64,000 nucleotides of DNA from Polyangiaceae bacterium (GTDB taxonomy: Bacteria; Myxococcota_A; Polyangia; Polyangiales; Polyangiaceae). The position numbers were made by a program, and so were the translations under genes. Below are positions 56,116-64,000 of the stretch, one piece after another. The stretch is taken from assembly GCA_044376115.1 (NCBI GenBank), contig JBILLK010000002.1, positions 384,001 to 448,000 on the forward strand, given 5' to 3'. Position 1 is the first letter of the stretch. The number at the start of each line of letters is the position of its first letter. Below the pieces are notes generated by a model, which was given only the letters and a program-made list of their open reading frames with translations, searched no databases and was not told where the DNA came from.

Positions 56116-56883
56116 ATGGCCGTCAGTTCACCATCGCAGCCCGTCTCGGACTCGACCTCCCTCAAGCGGCAGGCTTTCTCCGTAGTGGAGGCACCCGCGC
56201 TCGTTGGTTCGAGCGCTGGAACCAAGGTCGCTCCGAAGACGAAGCCGGCATCTGCCTTGGAGCGTGCCCGCAGTGAGAAGCCGAACACCTGTCAGATGTT
56301 CGAGACGCCGATCATCGAGGCGTTTTCACGCGTGCACCCGCTGATGCCCTTTCTGTTCTGGCTGCCGATTCTGGGGTACTTCCTGTTCGCTGCAGTGAAG
56401 AGCACACTGGCGGTCCCCACCGCGCTGCTCGCCATCGTGGGCGGCGTTCTGTTCTGGTCGCTCACCGAGTACCTGCTGCACCGCTACGTGTTTCACAAGG
56501 TGTCCCCGAGCTTTGCAGGCCGCCGCTTCTACTTTGTTCTTCACGGCGTGCACCACGACTTCCCCTTGGATACGTCGCGCTTGGTGATGCCCTTGGGGGT
56601 CAGCATCCCGATGGGGGTGGTCGTCTACTGGTTGCTCCGATTCCCGCTCGGCCCGGTGCTCATCGACCCCGTCTTTGCCGGCTTCGGCATTGGCTACCTC
56701 GCCTATGACGGCATCCACTACGCCACCCATCACTTCCGCATGAACGGTGTGATCGGCGGCTTCCTCAAGCGCTACCATATGGTTCATCACCACACGGGAG
56801 AGAACGCGCGGTGGGGCGTCTCTTCGCCGCTTTGGGACATCGTGTTCCGCACCACCGGCTCCCCGCTTCCCGCGCGACGCTGA
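56116..56883 (+). CDS. Fatty acid hydroxylase (FA2H/SCS7-like sterol desaturase family)
   Basis: EYLLHRYVFH, HGVHHDFP, RLVMP, HYATHH, HMVHH, GVSSPLWD. Confidence 0.9.
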   Translation: MAVSSPSQPVSDSTSLKRQAFSVVEAPALVGSSAGTKVAPKTKPASALERARSEKPNTCQMFETPIIEAFSRVHPLMPFLFWLPILGYFLFAAVKSTLAVPTALLAIVGGVLFWSLTEYLLHRYVFHKVSPSFAGRRFYFVLHGVHHDFPLDTSRLVMPLGVSIPMGVVVYWLLRFPLGPVLIDPVFAGFGIGYLAYDGIHYATHHFRMNGVIGGFLKRYHMVHHHTGENARWGVSSPLWDIVFRTTGSPLPARR

Positions 56884-56891
56884 ACCGCACG

Positions 56892-57926
56892 CTAGTGCGC
56901 TCGTAGCGTGTGGCTGGAGAAGAAGCGCAAAAGCTCCTTCTCGCGCCCTTTCGGAAAGCGGTGATGGTTCGCGGTGGCGCGCTTGGGCGTGCACTTATTG
57001 CGCGTTGCACAGGCGGGTTCGGCCTTGGCGTCGTCCCCAACTCGAATCAGCTGCGTCTCACCTCCGCGTCGCTCCGCCCAGCTCTCGAGCCCGGCACACG
57101 GCGCGATGGCGTCGCAAGCTCGGTAGAGCAGCCACGCAGGTGGCGGTGGGGTTGGGCATTCCCAACTCGCAGCGCCTGGAAGCGGAGCGAACGCGCCCAC
57201 AGCGGCTACGCGATCGGCACGAATGGTCGCGTAGGAGAGAGCGAACGTTCCTCCTTGGCCCAACCCAAAGGCGTAAACCCGCGCCCGGTCAACGAGACCG
57301 CGTTCCTCGAGACGGTCGAGGAAGGTGTCGGTCGCCAGCACGTCCTGGTTTTCCGCCGCTATGTGCTCGATGTCGAAACCGTTGGTGCTCGCTCCAAAGT
57401 TCCGTCCCTGAATGCCAAGAATTGCAAAGCCCTGCTTGTCGGGGGCAAGCCGAGTCGAGGATGAAAGCTCGCGCAAAGAAGTGAGCTTGGTGAGACCCGA
57501 AGGGTCGTCTAACGCGGGCCCGGTTCCGTGAAAGAACACAACGACGGGAACGGGCTTCTGGGCGAGCACGTCAGCCGACGCGTAAAGACAGCCGTAACGA
57601 GGGTCCCCGCTGGCTTCACGCCACTCCATGACCTCCGCGCCACGACAAGCAGGGCGCCCTTCCACGCGTCGAACCGGTGTGGCGCTACCTGACGGCGTAA
57701 AGCAACGCGAGTCAGGCGGTTCGCGCACGACGGGAGGAGCGATCGATGTGGTGGCAGAAGCGGCGCCCGAGGCCGACGGACTCGGGCGAGCAGAGGCCGT
57801 CGCCGAAGTTGATCTGCGCGCGGAACCTTCGAAGACACTTCGCAGATCGGCTGGGTCAACGTTGCTGCTTTCGCAGCTCAACGCCAAGCTCATGAGCAGC
57901 GCGAGAGGGACGACACGGCGGGCCAC
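56892..57926 (-). CDS. Alpha/beta-hydrolase-fold lipoprotein (PHB depolymerase/esterase-like) lacking the catalytic Ser
   Basis: Lipobox ALSC, PVVVFFHG, VDRARVYAFGLGQGG. Confidence 0.7.
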   Translation of the reverse strand: MARRVVPLALLMSLALSCESSNVDPADLRSVFEGSARRSTSATASARPSPSASGAASATTSIAPPVVREPPDSRCFTPSGSATPVRRVEGRPACRGAEVMEWREASGDPRYGCLYASADVLAQKPVPVVVFFHGTGPALDDPSGLTKLTSLRELSSSTRLAPDKQGFAILGIQGRNFGASTNGFDIEHIAAENQDVLATDTFLDRLEERGLVDRARVYAFGLGQGGTFALSYATIRADRVAAVGAFAPLPGAASWECPTPPPPAWLLYRACDAIAPCAGLESWAERRGGETQLIRVGDDAKAEPACATRNKCTPKRATANHHRFPKGREKELLRFFSSHTLRAH

Positions 57927-58036
57927 CTTTGCGGCATACACAGCTTCCGGTCCGCCGACCACCTCCTACCGAGAACGCGGGGTGCGCGCGTGGGGACTTT
58001 GTCGGAAGCCTCGGCGCGCGTATGTTTCGGCCTCGC

Positions 58037-59614
58037 ATGTCCCAACCCTCTCCCACGTCCACGCCCGAAGGATCTGTCCCCGCCGGCTCGCTTCGAGAGG
58101 CGATCGAGATCAAACGCGTTCGCGGTGAAGTCTTCTCGATGCGTGACGCGGTGGCGATCGTCGTGCCGCTCTGCACGCACCTCAACCTGGCGCACAAGCA
58201 AGAGGGTCTCGCGCGTTTCTTCGTGTACCCGTCCATTCTGGTGCACGGCAAGGCCGGGACCGAACTTGATTTTGATCGCGCCAAAGCCCTTCCGACACAC
58301 GATCGCGATCGGGCCGTGATCGCGCCAGAGTGCCGCAAAGGAGAACTCGGGGATGATCGCGCAAGCGTGTTTGCGGTCGGTGCGATCCTGTACGAGCTCG
58401 TCACCGGCGAGTCGATTGGGCCAGGGATGCGGCGCCCAAGCGAGATCAACCCGAAGCTACCGCCCTCGATCGAGGTGGTGCTGGGCAAAGCGTTGGTCGC
58501 CGATCCCAAACATCGCCCGCACGATCTGGCCGCTCTGGCCCAAGCCCTCCATCACCTCGCGCCAGCTGGGTCAATGCCTCCCCCCGCCGCCGACGAATCA
58601 CACTTGGACCACGAGGACGGATTCGACGTCGACGTTTCGCTGTCGATGTTGCCGCCCGCGCCAGTCGGCAGGCCAGTGCAGGCCGTGGTTTCGGCGGTGG
58701 ACGCGGCTCCTCCCTCGTCGCGAGTACGGCCCGCTGCTGCTCCCCTCCCCGACCTCTCGAATGCCGACCCCACGGTTCGTCTCGCGGCCACCAAGGCCCG
58801 CCTCGAGGCAGACCCGCGACCTCGCTACGTGGTGGTCAAGCTCGGCATGGACCATGGTCCATTTTCTGCGGTTGAGCTGCTTCAGCAGATCGCCTCTCAC
58901 AGCTTCACGTCCGAGCATTTGCTGCGCGACACCCTCAGCGGTGAGGAGAAGAAGCTCGAGGAATGGCCGGACTTTACGCTGTTTGCGCACCAGGCGCACC
59001 TCAACCGCGAGATCAAGCAAGAGCGCAAAGCGCTCGAGAAGGTGGTCACGGCCGAGCGCCATCGGGCACAGTGGAAGGTGCTCCTCGGGGTCACCTTGCT
59101 CGGACTCGTGATCGCCGGTGGCGCCGGCTATTGGCTCAACGAGCGCAACCGCTCGCTAAACGAGCAGAAGCTACGCGCCGAAGAGGCTTCCAACGTCGAT
59201 GCTGAGGGCGCGCTCTCTGGGAAGACGGAGGGCAAAGCTCCAGGCGGTGGACCGATGCCCGGCGGCGGAGGTGGCGGGAAGTACCCCGTCGTTGCAGGTG
59301 GCGGCTCTTGTGAATCCGCAAAACGCAAGTACGTGGAAGACTACACGGCCCAAGGCGTTCCCCCGGATTTGACGGCGGGCGCGTACACAGGCGTATTGGC
59401 GAACGGCGCTTACCTCAACGCCTGCGGCGTCCCGAGCCACATGGCCGTCTCGGTGTGCGCTGCGGTTCAGAATGGTCGCGCGGTCGGCGTCACCGTGCGA
59501 ACCACGCCGTCGAACCCTGGGATCGAGTCGTGCGTGCGCGGTCAGGTGATGCAAAAGAGCTTTCCGTCGCACCCGCGGATGGACGTCGTAACCACGACGT
59601 TCGCTGCGAACTAA
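58037..59614 (+). CDS. Pseudokinase-GYF-like-TM-AgmX/TonB_C-like multidomain membrane protein
   Basis: Kinase C-lobe (IAPE, SVFAVGAILYELVTG, KALVADPKHRP), HGPFS GYF_2-like motif, TM, Gly linker, Cys-paired C-domain. Confidence 0.72.
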   Translation: MSQPSPTSTPEGSVPAGSLREAIEIKRVRGEVFSMRDAVAIVVPLCTHLNLAHKQEGLARFFVYPSILVHGKAGTELDFDRAKALPTHDRDRAVIAPECRKGELGDDRASVFAVGAILYELVTGESIGPGMRRPSEINPKLPPSIEVVLGKALVADPKHRPHDLAALAQALHHLAPAGSMPPPAADESHLDHEDGFDVDVSLSMLPPAPVGRPVQAVVSAVDAAPPSSRVRPAAAPLPDLSNADPTVRLAATKARLEADPRPRYVVVKLGMDHGPFSAVELLQQIASHSFTSEHLLRDTLSGEEKKLEEWPDFTLFAHQAHLNREIKQERKALEKVVTAERHRAQWKVLLGVTLLGLVIAGGAGYWLNERNRSLNEQKLRAEEASNVDAEGALSGKTEGKAPGGGPMPGGGGGGKYPVVAGGGSCESAKRKYVEDYTAQGVPPDLTAGAYTGVLANGAYLNACGVPSHMAVSVCAAVQNGRAVGVTVRTTPSNPGIESCVRGQVMQKSFPSHPRMDVVTTTFAAN

Positions 59615-59628
59615 ACGGACTCAGCGCC

Positions 59629-60390
59629 GTGACAACTCCCTCGCCGAATGGCCAGATCGTCGTCTCCGCGGTCAGCAAAGAATTCGACGGTATGGCCGTG
59701 CTCGATGGAGTGAACCTCACGGTTCCGCATGGCTGTCTTTACGGGCTGATTGGGCCGGGAGCATCTGGCAAGAGCGTACTGCTCAAGATCATCACCGGCC
59801 TCATCAGCCCAGACTCAGGCCAGGTGCTGGTGGAGGGGCGCGACGTTCACGCCATGAGCGAACTGGAGCTAGCGGAGTTTCGTCTGAAGTTCGGCATGTT
59901 GTTTCAAAACAACGCTCTCTTCGACTACCTCAACGTCGCGGACAACATCGCCTTTCCGCTCCGTCGAATGACCAAGCTCGATGAACCAACCATCGCGAGC
60001 AAGATCGCCGAGCGACTCAAGGTGGTCAGCCTGCCTGGCTTCGAAGGGCGGTTGCCAGCAGGCCTGTCCGGCGGACAAAAGAAGCGCATTGGCGTAGCTC
60101 GGGCTACCGTGATCGACGCTCCCTACGTCCTCTACGATGAACCCGCCGCTGGGCTCGACCCGGTGACCTCTCAACGCATCTTCGAGCTCTTGCGCAAGGA
60201 GCAACGCGAGAAGAACGCAACCGTGATCATGGTCTCCTCGGACCTCGACCGACTGCTGACAGTGACGGATAGGGTCGGCATGCTCTACCGTGGCCGACTC
60301 ATCTTCGACGGAACCACCGCTGAAGCGAAATCCAGCACAGACCCGTACGTCCGCCAATTCGTTCATGGCCTCACCGAAGGCCCACTGTGA
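59629..60390 (+). CDS. MlaF/Mkl-like ABC ATPase (orphan)
   Basis: GASGKS, GMLFQNNALFD, LSGGQKKR, YDEPAAGLDP, DPYVRQFVHG..GP. Confidence 0.85.
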   Translation: MTTPSPNGQIVVSAVSKEFDGMAVLDGVNLTVPHGCLYGLIGPGASGKSVLLKIITGLISPDSGQVLVEGRDVHAMSELELAEFRLKFGMLFQNNALFDYLNVADNIAFPLRRMTKLDEPTIASKIAERLKVVSLPGFEGRLPAGLSGGQKKRIGVARATVIDAPYVLYDEPAAGLDPVTSQRIFELLRKEQREKNATVIMVSSDLDRLLTVTDRVGMLYRGRLIFDGTTAEAKSSTDPYVRQFVHGLTEGPL

Positions 60391-60524
60391 CCCTTCACCG
60401 AACGCGACCCTTCACCGAACGCGCCCCTTCACCGAACGCGACCCTTCACTGAACGCGACCCTTCACCGAACGCGCCCCTTCACCGAACGCGACCCTTCAC
60501 TGAACGCGACCCTTCACCGAACGC
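60389..60524. repeat. Tandem array of eight 17-bp units, no spacers
   Basis: GACCCTTCACCGAACGC x8 with variants in the order A A B C A B C A. Confidence 0.95.
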
Positions 60525-60535
60525 AAACGAGAACT

Positions 60536-63043
60536 ATGTCCAACGCACCGGATGACGCCCAGAACGCAGACAACCAAACCCAGCTTGCGTTGCGGCGTAC
60601 CTTCGTCGATCGCCTCCGCTACTCTCGTTCGAAGAACCCCAGCACCGCCACCACCTTCGACCGCTTCGTGGCGGTGAGCTTGGCGGTGCGTGATCGCTTG
60701 GTCGAGCGCTGGATCGAAACCCAGCGCACCTACTACGAACAAGATACCAAGCGGGCCTACTATCTCTCGGCGGAGTACCTGCTCGGCCGCACGCTCCGCA
60801 GCAATCTGAAGGCGCTGGCGATCTACGACGACTACAAGAAAGTGCTCGCGGAGATCGGCATCGACCTCGACGAGGTGCTCGAGCAGGAGCCCGATGCAGG
60901 TCTCGGGAATGGTGGTCTCGGCCGGCTCGCAGCCTGTTTCTTGGAATCGCTGGCAACGCTCTCCTTACCAGCCATCGGCTACGGCATTCGCTACGAGTTC
61001 GGCATCTTCGAGCAGGCCATCCGCGACGGCTATCAGGTCGAACGCGCTGATGAGTGGCTCAAGTTCGGAAACCCGTGGGAGTTCGCTCGGCCCGAGTACA
61101 CCGTAGCGGTCGGCTTTGGCGGCCAGACGTTGCATGTACCGACGGAAGACGGCTTCCGCGTGCTGTGGAAGCCGGCGACCAAAGTGACGGGCGTGCCCTA
61201 TGACACGCCGGTAGCGGGCTATCGCTGCAACACCGTCAACACGCTGCGACTATGGGCCGCGCGCGCCGATCAGGAGTTCGACTTTCAACTTTTCAACGCC
61301 GGCGACTATTTGCGAGCCGTTGAGGAAAAGAACGCCAGCGAGGTGATCTCCAAGGTTCTCTACCCCAATGACAGCTTTGAGATCGGCCGAGAGCTGCGAC
61401 TCAAGCAGGAGTACTTCTTCGTCGCCTGTTCGATCCACGACATCGTGCATCGCTACCTCAAGCAGCACGCGACGTTCGCTTCCTTCAGCGAAAAGGTCGC
61501 GATTCAGCTCAACGACACGCACCCGGCGATCGCCATCGCCGAGCTGATGCGGGTGCTCGTGGACGAGCACAACGTCGAATGGGACGAGGCGTTCAAGCAG
61601 ACTGTCGGCGCCTTTGGCTACACCAATCACACGCTGCTACCCGAGGCGCTCGAACGCTGGCCAGCGGCAACCTTCGCTCGCTTGCTACCGCGCCACTTGG
61701 AGCTGATTCAGGAGATCAACCGCCGCTTCCTGCGCGAAGTAACCACCCACTTCCCGCACAGCCCCGAGCTCGTTTCGCGCATGTCGATCATCAGTGACGG
61801 GAGCGAGCGCGAAGTTCGTATGGCTCACCTAGCGGTGGTGGGCTCGCACTCGGTCAATGGCGTCGCTCAGCTGCACTCCGACTTGGTGCAAGCCCGCCTA
61901 CTCAAAGACTTTCACGATCTCTGGCCGGAACGGTTCAACAACAAGACCAACGGCGTCACCCCGCGCCGATGGATCCTCGAGTGCAACTCCCAGCTGTCGA
62001 ACCTGCTCACCGAGCGCCTCGGCACCGACTCATGGGTAACCAACCTCGAGCTCCTCAAGCAGCTCGAGCCCTCGGTCGAAGACGCCGAGTTCCGCACCTC
62101 GCTGCGCACCATCAAGATGGAGAACAAGCTCGAACTCGCGAAGTTGATCTTCAAGCTAACGAAGCTCCGGGTCGATCCCCAGTCGATGTTCGACGTTCAA
62201 ATCAAGCGGCTTCATGAGTACAAGCGCCAACACCTAGCGGCATTGCACGCGGTTACCCTTTACCTGCGAGCAAAACGCGGTGAGGCGATTCAGCCGCGCA
62301 CGTTGATCTTCGGCGCGAAGGCCGCCCCGGGGTATCGACGGGCCAAGCTGATCATCAAGCTCATCCACTCGATTGCCGACATCGTCAATGGAGACAAGCG
62401 GCAGAGCGCTGTGCGCATCGTGTTCATGCCCAACTACCGCGTGTCCCTGGCCGAGCGAATCATCCCCGCAGCCGATCTCTCTGAGCAGATCTCGACCGCA
62501 GGCATGGAAGCTTCAGGGACGGGCAATATGAAGCTCGCCATGAACGGCGCCCTCACCATCGGCACGCTGGACGGCGCCAACATCGAAATTCGCGACGCGG
62601 TTGGCGAAGAGAACTTCTTCCTGTTCGGGCTAACCGCCGACGAAGTGATAGAGAAGCAGCGCCAGCGTCTGCTCGGAAGGTCCGCGCTCAAGGACAACCC
62701 GCTACTGGATGAGGCGCTGAAGCTGATCCGTGAAGGGTTCTTCTGCCCGGAGGAGCCAGACCTGTTCCACCAGCTCGTCGACGATCTCTTGGGTTATGAC
62801 CAATACATGGTGCTCGCCGACTTCGCCGAGTACGCAAAAAAGCAAGCGGAGGTCGAGAGTGAGTTCCGCAACACCGATGAGTGGACCCGCAAGGCCGGCT
62901 ACAACATCGTGCGCATGGGTCGATTCTCGAGTGACCGCACGATTCGTGAGTACGCCGAGGGGATCTGGGGCGTTTCGCCGTGTGCGATTGCTTCCCCACG
63001 AGACCCGTCACTCGTCCCGAACGCGCACCCCGACCTCGTCTAG
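60536..63043 (+). CDS. glgP: Glycogen/maltodextrin phosphorylase
   Basis: GLGNGGLGRLAAC, QLNDTHP, YTNHT, NGVTPRRW, KRLHEYKRQ, EASGTGNMK (PLP Lys). Confidence 0.97.
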   Translation: MSNAPDDAQNADNQTQLALRRTFVDRLRYSRSKNPSTATTFDRFVAVSLAVRDRLVERWIETQRTYYEQDTKRAYYLSAEYLLGRTLRSNLKALAIYDDYKKVLAEIGIDLDEVLEQEPDAGLGNGGLGRLAACFLESLATLSLPAIGYGIRYEFGIFEQAIRDGYQVERADEWLKFGNPWEFARPEYTVAVGFGGQTLHVPTEDGFRVLWKPATKVTGVPYDTPVAGYRCNTVNTLRLWAARADQEFDFQLFNAGDYLRAVEEKNASEVISKVLYPNDSFEIGRELRLKQEYFFVACSIHDIVHRYLKQHATFASFSEKVAIQLNDTHPAIAIAELMRVLVDEHNVEWDEAFKQTVGAFGYTNHTLLPEALERWPAATFARLLPRHLELIQEINRRFLREVTTHFPHSPELVSRMSIISDGSEREVRMAHLAVVGSHSVNGVAQLHSDLVQARLLKDFHDLWPERFNNKTNGVTPRRWILECNSQLSNLLTERLGTDSWVTNLELLKQLEPSVEDAEFRTSLRTIKMENKLELAKLIFKLTKLRVDPQSMFDVQIKRLHEYKRQHLAALHAVTLYLRAKRGEAIQPRTLIFGAKAAPGYRRAKLIIKLIHSIADIVNGDKRQSAVRIVFMPNYRVSLAERIIPAADLSEQISTAGMEASGTGNMKLAMNGALTIGTLDGANIEIRDAVGEENFFLFGLTADEVIEKQRQRLLGRSALKDNPLLDEALKLIREGFFCPEEPDLFHQLVDDLLGYDQYMVLADFAEYAKKQAEVESEFRNTDEWTRKAGYNIVRMGRFSSDRTIREYAEGIWGVSPCAIASPRDPSLVPNAHPDLV

Positions 63044-63106
63044 CTCTTCACTTTCTTGACCCCCGCCCCTTGCGAGAGAGGCGCGAACGAATCAATGGGA
63101 AGGTAC

Positions 63107-63433
63107 ATGGCCTCCGACGACTTCGATTCAGACGACGAGAAGGAAGGGGTAACGGCGACCAAGGACCGCGCCAAGGTCGAGAAGGCCCGCCGTTTCAAGG
63201 TGCTCTTCCACAACGACGACTACACAACCATGGAGTTCGTCATCCTGGTTTTGATGAAGTTCTTCTTCAAGACGCAAACCGAGGCGGCTCAGATCATGTT
63301 GAGCGTCCACCATAAGGGCCACGGAGTGGCCGGAATCTATCCGCGTGATATTGCAGAGACGAAGGTCCATAAGGTGATGGACTTCGCCAAGGAAAACGGG
63401 ATGCCTTTGCTCGTCACCGCCGAGCCGGAGTAA
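63107..63433 (+). CDS. clpS: ClpS adaptor
   Basis: VLFHNDDYTTMEFV, IMLSVH..G.GVAG, IAETK. Confidence 0.96.
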   Translation: MASDDFDSDDEKEGVTATKDRAKVEKARRFKVLFHNDDYTTMEFVILVLMKFFFKTQTEAAQIMLSVHHKGHGVAGIYPRDIAETKVHKVMDFAKENGMPLLVTAEPE

Positions 63434-63440
63434 CAGGACG

Positions 63441-64000
63441 ATGCGCATTAGCCCTGAGGTGGAAGTCGCGTTCGGTCTCGCGACCCGCGAAGCCGAACGT
63501 AGGCGCCACGAGTTCGTGACGGTGGAGCACCTGCTCTACGCGTTGACTTTTGATGACGAGACGCGTGACGTGCTTCGTCATTCGGGAGCCAATCTCGAGC
63601 AGCTCAAGAAGCTGTTGGCCGACTATCTCGACAGTGAGATCGAACAGATCCCAGAGGATGAATACGATTCACCCGTATTGTCGCTTGGCTTTCAGCGAGT
63701 GGTGGGCCGTGCAGCCATGCACGTACAGTCCTCAGGCAAGGAGGAGCTCAAAGGCAAGAACATCCTTGTTTCGCTGTTCGGTGAGCAAGATTCGGCCAGC
63801 GTCACCTTCCTCAGCAAGTTGGGCGTGAGTCGGCTCGACATCGTCAGCTACATCTCGCACGGCGCCTCCAAGCTCGACGACGGCACTGTGATCGGCGCAC
63901 CGATGGAAGACGCTGAGGGAGAGGACGCACCGAAGGTCAAAGACCCGTTGCAAGCCTTCGCCACCAACCTCAATGAGGAGGCCAAGGCGGGCCGCATCGA
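63441..64000 (+). CDS. clpA: ClpA ATPase subunit, 3'-truncated by the window edge
   Basis: RRHEFVTVEHLL, FQRVVGRA.MHVQSSG, LDIVSYISHG, NLNEEAKAGRID; follows clpS. Confidence 0.93.
   Translation, partial: MRISPEVEVAFGLATREAERRRHEFVTVEHLLYALTFDDETRDVLRHSGANLEQLKKLLADYLDSEIEQIPEDEYDSPVLSLGFQRVVGRAAMHVQSSGKEELKGKNILVSLFGEQDSASVTFLSKLGVSRLDIVSYISHGASKLDDGTVIGAPMEDAEGEDAPKVKDPLQAFATNLNEEAKAGRI

Noticed and set aside
60389..60524. CRISPR array
   Set aside because: Units are 17 bp and directly adjacent, with no unique spacers and no cas genes.
60290..60535. N-terminal extension of GlgP in the ORF track (NATLHRTRPFTERDPS repeats)
   Set aside because: It is the translation of the tandem array plus overlap with the upstream gene; ATG 60536 gives a normal-length phosphorylase.

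Overview
GC-rich, gene-dense chromosomal segment, most likely from a myxobacterium (Polyangiaceae-like). This assignment is inferred from a MYXO-CTERM-type sorting tail, an AgmX-like protein and many Cys-rich lipoproteins. Core content: a translationally coupled menaquinone operon (polyprenyl synthase, DAHP synthase, menG, F, D, H, A, C, E; no menB in the window), a subtilase, divergent desaturases, an EVE protein, a membrane-anchored ECF sigma factor, oppABCDF, a parvulin, tRNA-Val/Asp/Gly, a GH13 amylase, an ATP-grasp plus YbdK ligase pair, greA-yfgM-bamB, mutY, an Hsp70/actin-fold protein, a fatty-acid hydroxylase, glgP and clpS-clpA. No CRISPR array, prophage, integrase or transposase was seen. 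The main signal not explained by the gene list is a dispersed REP/REPIN-like palindromic element: about 8 full or partial copies with arm consensus TTCCGCCGAAGGCGGATGCAGCA-N-ATGACTC...GAGTCATT. Two copies are read as protein (subtilase N-terminus, MutY C-terminus). Also notable: a 17-bp tandem array with higher-order periodicity before glgP, an OppA with a large SH3b-like insertion, and several apparent pseudoenzymes. All calls come from reading motifs by eye; no database searches were run.
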